Positions 9,278-20,520 of a DNA stretch of 64,000 bases are shown in pieces. The DNA is from a candidate division FCPU426 bacterium (lineage in GTDB: Bacteria; Oederibacteriota; PGYV01; Palsa-1178): NCBI GenBank assembly GCA_963840035.1, contig CAWIXE010000002.1, positions 1,120,001-1,184,000 on the forward strand. Direction: 5' to 3'. Made by a program: the position numbers and the translations under genes. Position 1 is the stretch's first letter; each line of letters opens with the position of its first letter. A model generated the notes under the pieces. The model made no database searches. It saw only the letters and a program-made list of their open reading frames with translations, and was not told the DNA's origin.

Positions 9278-11019
9278 GGCTTTTTGTCCCCGTTCTTTAT
9301 CAGTTCAATCTTCTTGAGAATATCTTCCTTTGTCTCCGCACCGGCGCCTATAGCCTTTTTGTAATACTCCCTGGCTTTTTCAGGCTGACTGAGTTTTACA
9401 TAAGTATCCGCTATGTGTTCATATATAACCGGATCGCCCTTGCCTATGCCCTTTTCTTTCTCCACCACCGCTTCAGCGGTTATAAGCTGTTTTAAGGCGC
9501 TGTCATACTCGCCTTTCTGATAATAAACCCAGCCCATGCTGTCCATGAAAAAGCCGTTGTCTTTTTCAATATCAAGCGCGGCCTGCACAAGCGCCGCGGC
9601 CTCTTCAAGGTTTTTGCCCTGGTCAGCGTATGTGTAGCCTATGTAGTTATATGCCTCCGCGTTCTTCGGGTTCATCTTAAGGACTTCCCTGAATTCGGCT
9701 ATTGACGCGTCGTAGTTTTTCATTTTGTCATAAGTGATTGCCAGGGTAAAATGCAGTTTTTCCGATTTCGGAAACTTCTTAATGGCGTTAAGATATACAT
9801 TCACCGCCTCATCATACCGCTTCTCGTCGTAATACGCGGCGGCAAGCGCGGCGTGAAAATCCTCATCCTCGGAATTTTCCTCAAGCTTTGATTTCAATAG
9901 CTCTATGGCTTTTGCTGCCCTGCTTGTTTCCGTATAAATGTAACTTATGTGGTATAAAGCGTTGGTAAATTTAGGGTCCAGTTTCAGCGCTTCATTGAAC
10001 TTATCAATTGCCTTTTCATACTGCTTCTTCTCTTCGAGCGCCAGCCCTCCGTAATACCTTGCCATTTTATCGTCCGGCTTGGCTTTTTCAGCCTTTAAAA
10101 ACTGCTCCGCGGCTTCATCTAACTTTCCCGCTTTAAGGTAAATAAGCCCCAGCGATGTGACTATCTGAATATCATCGCCGTCCTTTTTAAGTATCTGCCT
10201 GTATGATTTAATGGCCAGGTCAAGCTGGTTTTCCTTGTAATAAATATCGCCTACATACCGCAGCGCCTGCTTGTCGTCCGGCCGCAGCTGAAGGTAGTCT
10301 TCATATGTGCTGATGGCCATCTTATTGTCGCCCGTTATCTCATATACCCCGGCTAAAGCAGAATATGCCTTAAGGTATAAGGGGTCTTTTTCAAGTGATT
10401 TTCTGAAATACTCCGCTGCTTTTTCATAATTTTCCCTGCCCGCGAATAAAAGCCCGATGTTGTAATAGGCGGCAGACGTGTCAGGCGCTATCGCTATGTT
10501 CTTTAAGAACATTGATTCCGCGTCATCCATCTTCTCCTGCTTGAAAAACACCACACCCAGATAAAAGTAGGCGTCAGCAATCGTCGAGTCTATGCTTAAA
10601 GCCCTTTCAAAAAGCTGCCTGGCTTCGGCATAATCGCCTGTTTCCAGTTTTATCCTGCCGGCCATGATGAGTATGTCGGTATTATACGGGTCGTCTTTTA
10701 AGCCCTTTTCTATGGTGTCTTTCATTCCCGGATTATCGCCCTTAAGTCCGAACAGATACGCAAGCTGCGTATACACGGGGCCGGGCGCATAGGAGTATTT
10801 GGCGCTGATGTTATAGTATTCCATGGCGTAATCAGGCTCCTCCGCGAGTTCAAAGAGATAGCCAATTCCGTAATACAGATAAGATATGGCTTCCTGGTAT
10901 GGGTTTTTATCGATCTCAGGGCGTTCTGTATTCTTGGTGTCCAGATAAATTTTATTTGAGGCGCAGCCGGTAAAGAGCAATACAAATATCAGGATTGACA
11001 GTGCGGGAATTTTTTTCAT
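9274..11019 (-). CDS. TPR-repeat lipoprotein
   Basis: Lipobox FTGC; many TPR units; AYNYIGY...DSMGWVYY typical of TPR proteins upstream of ispE. Confidence 0.88.
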   Translation of the reverse strand: MKKIPALSILIFVLLFTGCASNKIYLDTKNTERPEIDKNPYQEAISYLYYGIGYLFELAEEPDYAMEYYNISAKYSYAPGPVYTQLAYLFGLKGDNPGMKDTIEKGLKDDPYNTDILIMAGRIKLETGDYAEARQLFERALSIDSTIADAYFYLGVVFFKQEKMDDAESMFLKNIAIAPDTSAAYYNIGLLFAGRENYEKAAEYFRKSLEKDPLYLKAYSALAGVYEITGDNKMAISTYEDYLQLRPDDKQALRYVGDIYYKENQLDLAIKSYRQILKKDGDDIQIVTSLGLIYLKAGKLDEAAEQFLKAEKAKPDDKMARYYGGLALEEKKQYEKAIDKFNEALKLDPKFTNALYHISYIYTETSRAAKAIELLKSKLEENSEDEDFHAALAAAYYDEKRYDEAVNVYLNAIKKFPKSEKLHFTLAITYDKMKNYDASIAEFREVLKMNPKNAEAYNYIGYTYADQGKNLEEAAALVQAALDIEKDNGFFMDSMGWVYYQKGEYDSALKQLITAEAVVEKEKGIGKGDPVIYEHIADTYVKLSQPEKAREYYKKAIGAGAETKEDILKKIELIKNGDKKP

Positions 11020-11025
11020 TATGAT

Positions 11026-11475
11026 CTACCTGTCTTCAAATTTTTTGTCTGTAAGCCGGAGCCTCTTATTGATTATCTTAAGAAGTGCCATCAGTATTTT
11101 TGCGGCTATTTTTGGATCGGAGTCAAGTATCTCTACGAAGCTTTTCTTGGTGACAACGACAAGTTTTGAATCCGCGGAAGTTTTTCCCGAAGCCGTCCTG
11201 GGGCCCGCGTCTATCAGGGACATTTCCCCAACCACTTCACCCGGGGTTAAGACCGCGATAACTTCCTCGCCATCTTTTGTCTTTTTTGATATTTCCACAC
11301 TTCCCTCAGTTACTATATAAAGGACTTCACCGGGCATCCCCTCAACAAACAGGGTCGAACCCTTTTTATAATCCTTCTCAAATATCCTTCTTGTGACAAT
11401 ATCAAGTTCCGCGTCGTTCATATCCTTAAAGAGTATGAGGTTTTTTAATTTATCATAATTCAGCTGCTCGGGCAT
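11026..11475 (-). CDS. Stand-alone cyclic nucleotide-binding domain protein
   Basis: LFVEG.PG..LYIV..G.V, GEMSLID.GPRTAS; no HTH. Confidence 0.88.
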   Translation of the reverse strand: MPEQLNYDKLKNLILFKDMNDAELDIVTRRIFEKDYKKGSTLFVEGMPGEVLYIVTEGSVEISKKTKDGEEVIAVLTPGEVVGEMSLIDAGPRTASGKTSADSKLVVVTKKSFVEILDSDPKIAAKILMALLKIINKRLRLTDKKFEDR

Positions 11476-11537
11476 GTTTCTTGATTACCTCCTGGAGATA
11501 ATAACACACTTAATTTGTTTTTGGCGTTTGCGCCTAT

Positions 11538-11616
11538 TTCGGACTGTTGATCGTAGATTGCGGATTATAAGTTAACCTGCCATTTAATCCGCATTCGTAA
11601 ATCTACTATCTTCAAT
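11538..11616. repeat. Inverted heptamer-periodic element (family D)
   Basis: TTCGGAC TGTTGAT CGTAGAT TGCGGAT TA ... TAATCCGCA TTCGTAA ATCTACT ATCTTCA. Confidence 0.6.
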
Positions 11617-12431
11617 TACAATTGTATCTCCCAGCCTTCCTGGACGCAGTACGCTTTTTCATATTTGGCCTGGGCTTTTCTCTGTATGTCGTCGACAAAG
11701 GCATCGTCGTGTTCCGGCGCGTGGTGGCACAGGTGGAGCTCTTTGGCGCCGGATAACTGGGCTACCTTAATGCCCTCTTCATAAGTGGAATGGCCCCAGC
11801 CAACGTATTTCGGGTATTCTTCCGGGGTAAAATGGGCGTCATAAAAAAGTATATCCGCGTTCTTTGCTATTTCAATGAGCTTATTGTCAGGCACCGCGTA
11901 ATGTTCAATGTCAGTGGCGTAAACAAAAACGCCTGATTTTGCCTCAACCCTGTATACCATCATGCCGCCGGGGTGGTTTATCTTTACGGAATTAATCCTG
12001 AATGGGCCTATATTGATTTCCTCTTTTTCCTTTATCTCATTAAACGAAAATTTAGCGAGCATGCCTGAGAGTTCCACCGGAAAATTGATGAATTCCTGCT
12101 GGCGTTTTAAAACATCAAGGACTGTTTTATTGTATTTGGATTCGCCATATATGTTAATTTCATTGCCTTTGATGAAACCGGGCGCAAAAAAAGGAAAACC
12201 CTGGAGGTGGTCCCAGTGATAGTGGGAAAAAAGCATGTTCAGTTTGTGCCCTGTCGGCCCGCTTTCTTTCATTAAGTCCCTGCCAAAATTGCGCAGGCCC
12301 GTGCCCGCGTCAAGTATAAGTTTTGTATTGGCTTCTTCAAGGACTACGCATGTGGTATTTCCGCCGTATTTTACAGTATCTTTACCGGCTACAGGGATTG
12401 AACCTCTGACTCCGTAATATTTTATCTTCAT
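11616..12431 (-). CDS. MBL-fold metallo-hydrolase
   Basis: GVRGSIP...YGGNTTC, DAGTG, SHYHWDHLQG, WGHS, HHAPEH. Confidence 0.9.
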   Translation of the reverse strand: MKIKYYGVRGSIPVAGKDTVKYGGNTTCVVLEEANTKLILDAGTGLRNFGRDLMKESGPTGHKLNMLFSHYHWDHLQGFPFFAPGFIKGNEINIYGESKYNKTVLDVLKRQQEFINFPVELSGMLAKFSFNEIKEKEEINIGPFRINSVKINHPGGMMVYRVEAKSGVFVYATDIEHYAVPDNKLIEIAKNADILFYDAHFTPEEYPKYVGWGHSTYEEGIKVAQLSGAKELHLCHHAPEHDDAFVDDIQRKAQAKYEKAYCVQEGWEIQL

Positions 12432-12445
12432 AAGCCCCCACTGAT

Positions 12446-12548
12446 CAATTTTCAATTTTATATTTTCAATTTTCAATTAAGGAAAAAAGTCCTTAATTCA
12501 CTGCAATTTCTCTGTTATTTTTAATTGAAAATTCAAAATTGTAAATTA
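12446..12548. repeat. Inverted heptamer-periodic element (family A)
   Basis: CAATTTT CAATTTT ATATTTT CAATTTT CAATTAA -40 nt- TTAATTG AAAATTC AAAATTG TAAATTA. Confidence 0.9.
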
Positions 12549-12564
12549 ACGTATTATAACTCAC

Positions 12565-14634
12565 TTATCCTATATTTATCAAGTCAAAACTGGAACCGTA
12601 CTTTTGTTTTATTATACGGACTAATTGTTCCTTTTCGCTGTGATTTAGGTCACACTCACCTGAAATAACTGAGAATGCAGCCTGCCTGGCCTCATCCAAT
12701 TCCTTTTTATCCCTTATAATACTGGCTATTTTAAACTCTGTCACGCCATGCTGCCTTGTTCCCATGAATTCACCCGGACCCCTGATTTCAAGGTCAGCTT
12801 CGGATATTTTGAAGCCATCCTGAGTGGCCGCCATTATACCGAGCCTTTTAAAACTGTCCTCAGTCCTGGCATCCCCGACTAAAACGCAATAAGACTGCGC
12901 AGACCCTCTTCCGACCCTGCCCCTTAACTGATGGAGCTGTGAGAGGCCGAACCTTTCGGCGTGTTCTATCACTATGACCGAAGCTTCAGGCACATCCACC
13001 CCGACTTCTATTACCGTCGTGGCGACAAGTATGTCTATGGAGCCATCCTTAAAACTTTTCATGGCTTCGTCACGCTCTTCCTTTTTCATTTGTCCGTGTA
13101 TAAGGGATATTTTATAATCCTTGAACCTCTTTGACCATTCTTTTTCCATCTCAATGGCGGATTTAAGGTCAAGTTTTTCCGATTCATCCACAAGCGGATA
13201 AACCGCGTATACCCGCGCTTTTTCCTTAAGCCTCTCTTCTATAAATGAAAACATCTTAAAGACTTCAGCCGACTCAAAGATCATGGTCTTGACCGGTTTC
13301 CTGCCGGGCGGCAGCTCGTCTATCACTGAAATATCCGTATCGCCGTAAACAGAGAGCGTCAGCGTCCTGGGTATGGGCGTGGCCGTCATGATAAGCGAGT
13401 GCGGAAGGGTTTCTGATTTTTTCAGCAGCGCGGCCCTTTGCATGACGCCGAAGCGGTGCTGCTCGTCAATAACCACAAGGCCGAGTTTTTTAAAAACGAC
13501 ATCATCCTGTATGAGCGCGTGCGTGCCTACGAGTATCTGTATTTTCCCGTCCTTAAGGGCTTCTATGATATCATCCCTGTTTGATTTTTTGATTCCACCC
13601 AGAAGCAGCTCCGCCTTTATCCCCGTTCCTTCAAGGACCTTTTGCATGTTTGCGGCGTGTTGTACAGCCAGTATTTCGGTTGGTGCCATAATGGCCGACT
13701 GATATCCGTTCTCAGCCGCCATTACGCATGCCGCGAGCGCGACAATTGTTTTGCCTGAACCCACGTCCCCCTGTACGAGCCTGTTCATGGGTTTTCCCGA
13801 TGAAAAATCAGTTTGTATCTCATCAAGCACCTTTTTTTGCGCGCCTGTGAGAGTGAATGGCAGGTTTTTAATGAAACCGGAAAATAGGGGCCCGCCGGGC
13901 TTTAATATGATTCCGGGTTCTTCCTTTATCCGGCTCTTCCTCATGGCAAAGGCAAACTGCAGGAAAAAGAACTCGTCGAATATAAGGCGCCTTTTTGACT
14001 TTTCCAGGAGGTCAAAGGACTCCGGGTAATGGACGTTATAAACCGCGTCATTAAGCTTTATAAGGCTGTATTTTTTTGCGATTGCCTCCGGCATGTATTC
14101 TTCCAGCGATTTCAGGTGGTTGTCTATGGCGAACTTTATGATCTTCCTGAACTGCTTCTGCGATAAGCCATCAGTCAGCGGGTAAACCGGAACTATCCTG
14201 TTTACATTTACGCTCTCATCCGGGTCAGTGCCGTCGTCGGTTATCTCATACTCGGGCGTGCCTATCTGCAGCATGGACCTGTAGGCTTCCACCCTTCCGT
14301 GAAATATTACCTGCATTCCCTTTTTAAATATCTTTTCTATGTATGGCTGGTTGAACCAGACGCCGGTTATAAATCCTGTTTCGTCTTTTATGGTAATATT
14401 GGTGATTTTCAGCCTGGGCCTTAACTGCTTTGAATCCGCGGCGATTACAGTGCCCGAGACTGTTTCCAGTTCCCCTGTTGTGACCGAGGATATTTTTTTA
14501 ACATTCGACCTGTCCACCCATGTGCGGGGAAAATAATACAGCAGGTCAAACACCGTTTTAACCCCGAGCTTTTCAAGCAGCCTGGCCCTCTCCGGGCCCA
14601 CGCCTTTTATGTACTGGATTTCCTTATCAAGCAT
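12565..14634 (-). CDS. recG: ATP-dependent DNA helicase RecG
   Basis: QGDVGSGKT, DEQHRFG, MTATPIPRT, QLRGRVGRG. Confidence 0.97.
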   Translation of the reverse strand: MLDKEIQYIKGVGPERARLLEKLGVKTVFDLLYYFPRTWVDRSNVKKISSVTTGELETVSGTVIAADSKQLRPRLKITNITIKDETGFITGVWFNQPYIEKIFKKGMQVIFHGRVEAYRSMLQIGTPEYEITDDGTDPDESVNVNRIVPVYPLTDGLSQKQFRKIIKFAIDNHLKSLEEYMPEAIAKKYSLIKLNDAVYNVHYPESFDLLEKSKRRLIFDEFFFLQFAFAMRKSRIKEEPGIILKPGGPLFSGFIKNLPFTLTGAQKKVLDEIQTDFSSGKPMNRLVQGDVGSGKTIVALAACVMAAENGYQSAIMAPTEILAVQHAANMQKVLEGTGIKAELLLGGIKKSNRDDIIEALKDGKIQILVGTHALIQDDVVFKKLGLVVIDEQHRFGVMQRAALLKKSETLPHSLIMTATPIPRTLTLSVYGDTDISVIDELPPGRKPVKTMIFESAEVFKMFSFIEERLKEKARVYAVYPLVDESEKLDLKSAIEMEKEWSKRFKDYKISLIHGQMKKEERDEAMKSFKDGSIDILVATTVIEVGVDVPEASVIVIEHAERFGLSQLHQLRGRVGRGSAQSYCVLVGDARTEDSFKRLGIMAATQDGFKISEADLEIRGPGEFMGTRQHGVTEFKIASIIRDKKELDEARQAAFSVISGECDLNHSEKEQLVRIIKQKYGSSFDLINIG

Positions 14635-14649
14635 TTATTGCCCCTTATC

Positions 14650-16749
14650 CTATTCGGATTTTGTGGGATTAATAAGGTTCTGGTAATCATATCCCGGTGA
14701 AACATCAGTGGGCTTGTTGAACCTGGCTTCAGGAAGAGCGCTGATGAATATCGAGAAAAATATGTCCTGAACGCCGCCCGTTGTCTGGCTTACCGATATG
14801 CTGGCCTCCCAGCAATGTACAAACCACGTGGCGGAACAGTTATATGATGTCAGTTTCTTTTCGATTAAGTCGAATTGCCGCGCTATTGTCACCTTGAACT
14901 CATCAGTAAAGGCAAATGTGAAACCCGTATTAAACGACAGCACGTCAGAGGGCCTGTTAAGCTCAGGCCGGGCAAATCCCCTTCTCATCAATAAGGTTAT
15001 TTATAAAAATCGTGTTCAAATACAGGGTCCACAGATTTGAAGGCCCGGTATCCTTAATATTGAAGTTTAGCGTGATGTTCTTAACCATATTGGAAAAAAT
15101 GGAATAATTGGACTCTGCCGAAAAATACATGTCGCTTAAGCCGGTAAATGCCCGGAGATACAGCAGCGAGAACCTGCTTGTATCATATCCAGCTTTGGCG
15201 GTATCAGTAAGGAAATCATAAGACGCCCTTGCCTCAAAACTTAAAGCGCTGCTGCCGCCTGTTGCCGAGAGGTTCAGTATATTTGCGGTTATTCCGTCCC
15301 TTGCCACCCCGCGGAGTTTATTAAGCTGTTTTGCGTATGAATAACTGCCGGTAAGCCGCAAAAGCCCCATAGGCAGCACGTCAATGTTTGCCGACGACCC
15401 GGCTGTCATGGAGTTTAAAAGGTCCCCTCCTATGAAGCCGTTGGTTTTTTCATTATTATTGGTCCATGCCGAATTTAAGCCCGCCGAAGCGGACATCGAG
15501 AAAAAGCTCAGCGATAAAAGGTTTACGCTTAATGACGGTGTAAAGGCCCCGATATCACTATAAAAATTACCATCCTGCGGGTTATAGCTTCGCGTAAAGG
15601 TGAAGCTGTGTCCGTAGTTTACCCTGGGAAGAAGCTGTATTGATGTCATTGTATAGTTAAATACCGGCAGTTTCCTGTCGAAAGTATAGTATTTGTTCCC
15701 GACAGCGTCCCATAACTCAATGTCGGAAATGGAGGCGCCGATTGAATGGTTGCCAAACGACGTGGAAAAAGAAGCCCCGTAATCGTGGCGAAAAACATCG
15801 GTACCTTCCAGGTTCATGAAATATTCCCCGAGTGTGCTGTCCGACATGCTGGTAGCCCTTATATTAAGCCTTGTTGTGTCATTAAAAGCCTGGTTATGGT
15901 AAAAATTCCCGGCCCACCTTCTTAAATACGTAAACTTATCTTCGGAATAAAACCCGCTTAAGGAACCGCTTGAGTTTTTCCCAAACCCGTAATCAAGGGC
16001 CAGGTTATATTTGGGGCCGATTTTTTCCATATAATCAAAACCCAGGGAAAGCCTGTTCTGGTCGTTAAAAGCGGTGTTATAAACGGTATAAACGTACCAG
16101 CCCAGCGTGTTGTTATGGCCGAATTTAAAATCAAAGGGCTTCTTCTGCCCTTTTAACGGCTGGCTGTAATAAGGAAAATAGATCACGGGTATCATTCCCA
16201 GGTAAACAACCGCGTTCCAGCACTCTATCTTTTCATCCTGGTACATGTTTATCATGGATGCCTGAAGGCGGTAGTGCGGATTTTCCCTGTCGCAGGTGGT
16301 AAAGACTGGGTTTTCGATCTCGGTTTTCTTGCCTTCTTTCTTCATCTCCGCGCCTTTTACTATCCATGGCGGGCTTATCACGCTTACGTTTTTAGCGTAG
16401 GAGCTGGTATCTTTTGTGTTATAGAAGAGCTTGTCCGTATATATGCTGGAACCTTTCTGCAGGGCAAGGACGTTTCCTTCGGCCACAACCTCCCCTTTTT
16501 CAATGTTTACATAAATGTTATCCGCGAAAATTGAGACATCGGTATTGCGCAGTACCACTTTTCCCTTGCCGTAAATCTCGGTGGAGTCGTTGCTGTAAGT
16601 GAGCTCATCGGCCGTGATAAAAACAGGCGTGGTTGTATTGACTGTAGCGTCTGCCGTGGGGGTTACTGACTGGGTTTCTGCCATGATAAAAAAAGGCAAA
16701 AGTGTTAAAACGGTTAACAAAATCCCCTTAATCAGTTTTTTTTTAACAT
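14650..16749 (-). pseudogene. lptD: LPS-assembly protein LptD-like, apparently frameshifted (probably assembly error)
   Basis: Signal peptide, OstA-like ITADELTY, FTTC...PHY, long beta-barrel, C-terminal HCWEA in ORF 14650-14991; frame changes at G4 (14978-14981) and probably A9 (16736-16744). Confidence 0.75.
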
Positions 16750-16757
16750 TGTTTGTA

Positions 16758-17858
16758 TTAAATGATCGCTTTTTCGGTCTTGGAATCAAAGAAATGGCAT
16801 TTGTTCATATCAAACACAAGCTCCACTTCCTGATTTACCTCGACTTCAGCGTCCGCGTCCATTTTTGCTATGAACGGCGTCTTTCCTGTTGTTAAGTATA
16901 TGTTTGATTCAGGCCCCAGATGCTCGACTACTTCAACTGTCGCGGGAACCGTGTTATCAGCGCTGGCGTTGGGCGCGTATACTTTGTCATAAATGTCTTC
17001 AGGCCTGATACCCATTGTTATCTCTGAACCAACTGAAGCTTTAAGCTTGTCTGTCATGCTGTCCGGCACGCGAACTTCAAAGTTTTCCTCGTTGAAATAA
17101 AGCCCGCCCTTTTTAGATTCCAGCGTCCCTTCGATAAAGTTCATTGACGGGCTTCCTATGAATCCAGCGACGAACTTGTTTGTAGGTTTGTCATAGAGCA
17201 CTTTCGGCGGCCCGATCTGCTGCACTTCGGTATTCTTCATGACTACGATCTTTTCTCCCATGGTCATGGCCTCTACCTGGTCGTGCGTTACATATATCAT
17301 CGTGGCCTGCAGCCTGGTGTGGAGCTTTGATATCTCCGCCCTCATCTGCACGCGCAGTTTCGCGTCTAAGTTCGACAGCGGTTCGTCAAACAGGAACACT
17401 TTAGGCTTCCTGACTATCGCCCTTCCAAGCGCGACCCTCTGCCTCTCTCCGCCGGAGAGTTCTTTGGGTTTGCGTTTTAAGAACCTTTCAATGGTTAAAA
17501 TATCCGCGGCTTCCATGACCCTCTGCTTGATTTCTGAAGCCGGGTATTTGCGGAGCTTAAGCCCGAATGCCATATTTTCATATACTGTCATGTGCGGGTA
17601 CAAAGCATAGTTCTGGAATACCATGGCGATGTCCCTGTCTTTGGGCGGTATGTCGTTTACTAAAAGGTCGTCGATGTATATCTCGCCCGAAGTAATCTCC
17701 TCAAGGCCCGCTACCATGCGAAGCGTAGTGGTTTTACCGCAGCCCGAAGGCCCTACGAGAATAAGGAATTCCTTATCTTCACATACGATATTAGCGTCTT
17801 TCACAGCCACAACATTGCCATATTTTTTCATTACGTTCTTTATAACGACTCTAGCCAT
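16758..17858 (-). CDS. Sugar ABC transporter ATP-binding protein (MsmX/MalK/UgpC family)
   Basis: GPSGCGKTT, VFQNYALYPHM, LSGGERQR, DEPLSNLDAKLR, TOBE tail. Confidence 0.95.
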   Translation of the reverse strand: MARVVIKNVMKKYGNVVAVKDANIVCEDKEFLILVGPSGCGKTTTLRMVAGLEEITSGEIYIDDLLVNDIPPKDRDIAMVFQNYALYPHMTVYENMAFGLKLRKYPASEIKQRVMEAADILTIERFLKRKPKELSGGERQRVALGRAIVRKPKVFLFDEPLSNLDAKLRVQMRAEISKLHTRLQATMIYVTHDQVEAMTMGEKIVVMKNTEVQQIGPPKVLYDKPTNKFVAGFIGSPSMNFIEGTLESKKGGLYFNEENFEVRVPDSMTDKLKASVGSEITMGIRPEDIYDKVYAPNASADNTVPATVEVVEHLGPESNIYLTTGKTPFIAKMDADAEVEVNQEVELVFDMNKCHFFDSKTEKAII

Positions 17859-17953
17859 GTGTTCCCTCCAGCATTTTGGAATAATTTTGTTAAGTAAATT
17901 AATGTAATGATAATATCATAATACGGAATATTAGACAAGGGATTTATGAACGC

Positions 17954-18054
17954 TAATTGTATATTTTCAATTTTAAATTTTCAATTAAACCCGCCGCAAT
18001 TAACTGCTGTTTCTCGCTATTAATTGAAAATTGAAAATACAGAATTGAAAATTC
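17954..18054. repeat. Inverted heptamer-periodic element (family A)
   Basis: TAATTGT ATATTTT CAATTTT AAATTTT CAATTAA -31 nt- TTAATTG AAAATTG AAAATAC AGAATTG AAAATTC. Confidence 0.9.
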
Positions 18055-18132
18055 AATGATATTTTAGTTGAATTTATACCCAAAATGCCCTAAAATTATA
18101 TCTGTTTTTCAATTCATCCAAAGAGGTGCCAC

Positions 18133-20514
18133 TTGGTTTACGACGGTTACAAAAGCATATATAATAAGGATAACAGCAATTCAAAGAACCCCGGCAAAGA
18201 CATGCCTGGCAAGGACAGTAACGGGAATAATCTCCCTCCCCCGCCGAAGGCGCCAAAAGGAAAAGGTATAACCCCGATTACCCTGTCCATAATAATTCTT
18301 GGCTCTTTTGTTGCGCTTGGCGCTTTAACAGGCATATTCATCGCCTACATGCAGGAAGTGCCCGAGGTTGCCGACCTTAAAAACTATAAGCCTAACATGT
18401 CCACTGCTGTTTATGACGACAAAGGCGGCATGATTTCGCAGTTATATGATGAACAGCGCACTGTTGTACGGCTCTCAGATGTGCCTATTAACCTTCAGAA
18501 CGCATTTATCGCGAAGGAAGACCCCCGCTTTTTCCAGCACAGCGGTTTTGACATCAAGGGTATTATCAGGGCTACTGTTAATAATTTAATACACATGAAA
18601 ATAGTCGAGGGCGCTTCGACCATCACACAGCAGCTCGCCAGGAACCTGTTCTTAAACAGGGACAGGAACTTTACCAGGAAGATTAAGGAAGCCATACTTG
18701 CCCTTCAGATTGAAAAATATTACACAAAAAAAGAGATTCTTGAGCTTTACTGCAACCAGATATTCTTCGGCAACGGCGCTTACGGCGTCGAGGCCGCGGC
18801 AAGGTCATATTTCGGCAAGCATGTATACGAACTCACATTGCCCGAATGCGCCATGATAGCAGCTCTTCCTCAGGCGCCGACAAACCACAATCCTTACCGC
18901 AACCTTGAAATTGCCACGGAAAAAAGGAATGTGGTCCTTGACAAGATGGCCGAACGCGGCTTTATTACAAACGAAGAAAAAGACCTTGCAAAAGCAACCC
19001 CGATACAGCTGAATAAACTCGAGGTAAAAAACGCCCCCTATTTCGTGGAATATGTGCGGCAGCAGCTCGAGGCCACATACGGCACAAGCATCATTTATAA
19101 AGGCGGGCTGCGCGTTAATACCACCCTTAATTCAGCCATGCAGAACACCGCCCAGGAAGTGTTTAATTTCAATCTACGCGCCATACAGGCGCGCATCGAG
19201 GCCAACAAAGGCCGCAAGCTTGACTCCCCGCTTCAGGGCGCCATGATAGCCATGGACCCGAAAACAGGCCAGATACTAATGATGATAGGCGGCATTGATT
19301 ACTCAAAAAGCGAATTCAACCGCGCCGTGCAGGCAAAAAGGCAGACCGGCTCGGCGTTCAAGCCCATTGTTTACGCGTCAGCCATCGCCAGCGGCTTCAG
19401 GGTTTCCGATATTTTCATGGATTCACCCATAGTATTCAAGAATGAAAACGGCTCTGACTGGAAACCGGAAAATTTCTCGGGCAAGTTCGGCGGCCCCACC
19501 ACCCTCTTAAACGGCCTTACCTATTCAAAGAACGTGGTTACGGTAAAACTCCTTAACAAAGTCGGTATCGGCACGGTTAAAAAATACGCCAACAAACTCG
19601 GTATCACAAGCCCGCTTTCATCCGACTTAACGCTCGGGCTTGGTTCTTCCAGCGTTTCCCTGCTTGAAATGGTCACGGCCTTTTCAGCATTCGCCAACGG
19701 CGGCATGAAAGTCGAGCCTTTATCCATACTTTCTGTAAAAGATTCAAACGGCAAGGACCTGGAAACAAACATCCCCAGGCTGACCGAAGCCATCCCTGAC
19801 ACGACAGCGTACATCATGACTTATATGATGGAGAGCGTGGTCAATAACGGAACCGGCAAGACCGTCAGGAACCTCGGCTTTTCAGGCCCCGCAGCCGGCA
19901 AAACAGGTACGACAAATGACTTTACCGACGCGTGGTACTTAGGCTTTACACCCGAGGTAGTAGTCGGCATATGGATAGGGTTTGACTCAAAGGAATCCAT
20001 GGGCAAAGGCATGGTCGGCGGAACAATAGCCGCCCCGATTTGGGCGGAATTCATGCTTAATTCCTACGGTTCCTCCTCAAAGGAGTTCCAGGTACCGGAC
20101 AGCATTATATTCAAGAAAATATGCTCTAAAAGCGGCCTTTTAGCCACGCCTAACTGCCCTGTCATAAATACCGTTGACGCACCCTTTGTGGAAGGCACAG
20201 AACCCGCCAAACCGTGCAACATACACACGGCAGTGCAGGTAAATAACTTCATGAACGAAGATATGGAAAGCTTTGATGACGCCGCAGATGACTGGAATGA
20301 GGAAGAAGGCGGCACGTCGGTCAAATCAAAAGCAGCGGGTCCTAAGAGCGTCGAATCCGGCGACGACGATACACCCAGGCAGATAAATCAAAACGACACC
20401 GGAAAAAAATCCCAGCCCGCTCCGGCAAAAACAGCCCCAGCGCCGGCTGCAGCTAAGCCAGCGCCGAAACCCGATACAAATGCCGATGAAGAGAATAACG
20501 GGCTCGGATTTTAA
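18133..20514 (+). CDS. Class A penicillin-binding protein (PBP1A family)
   Basis: EDPRFFQHSG, GASTITQQL, RKIKE, SAFK, SKN, KTG; TTG start after AGAGGTG. Confidence 0.95.
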   Translation: MVYDGYKSIYNKDNSNSKNPGKDMPGKDSNGNNLPPPPKAPKGKGITPITLSIIILGSFVALGALTGIFIAYMQEVPEVADLKNYKPNMSTAVYDDKGGMISQLYDEQRTVVRLSDVPINLQNAFIAKEDPRFFQHSGFDIKGIIRATVNNLIHMKIVEGASTITQQLARNLFLNRDRNFTRKIKEAILALQIEKYYTKKEILELYCNQIFFGNGAYGVEAAARSYFGKHVYELTLPECAMIAALPQAPTNHNPYRNLEIATEKRNVVLDKMAERGFITNEEKDLAKATPIQLNKLEVKNAPYFVEYVRQQLEATYGTSIIYKGGLRVNTTLNSAMQNTAQEVFNFNLRAIQARIEANKGRKLDSPLQGAMIAMDPKTGQILMMIGGIDYSKSEFNRAVQAKRQTGSAFKPIVYASAIASGFRVSDIFMDSPIVFKNENGSDWKPENFSGKFGGPTTLLNGLTYSKNVVTVKLLNKVGIGTVKKYANKLGITSPLSSDLTLGLGSSSVSLLEMVTAFSAFANGGMKVEPLSILSVKDSNGKDLETNIPRLTEAIPDTTAYIMTYMMESVVNNGTGKTVRNLGFSGPAAGKTGTTNDFTDAWYLGFTPEVVVGIWIGFDSKESMGKGMVGGTIAAPIWAEFMLNSYGSSSKEFQVPDSIIFKKICSKSGLLATPNCPVINTVDAPFVEGTEPAKPCNIHTAVQVNNFMNEDMESFDDAADDWNEEEGGTSVKSKAAGPKSVESGDDDTPRQINQNDTGKKSQPAPAKTAPAPAAAKPAPKPDTNADEENNGLGF

Positions 20515-20520
20515 GCCGGA

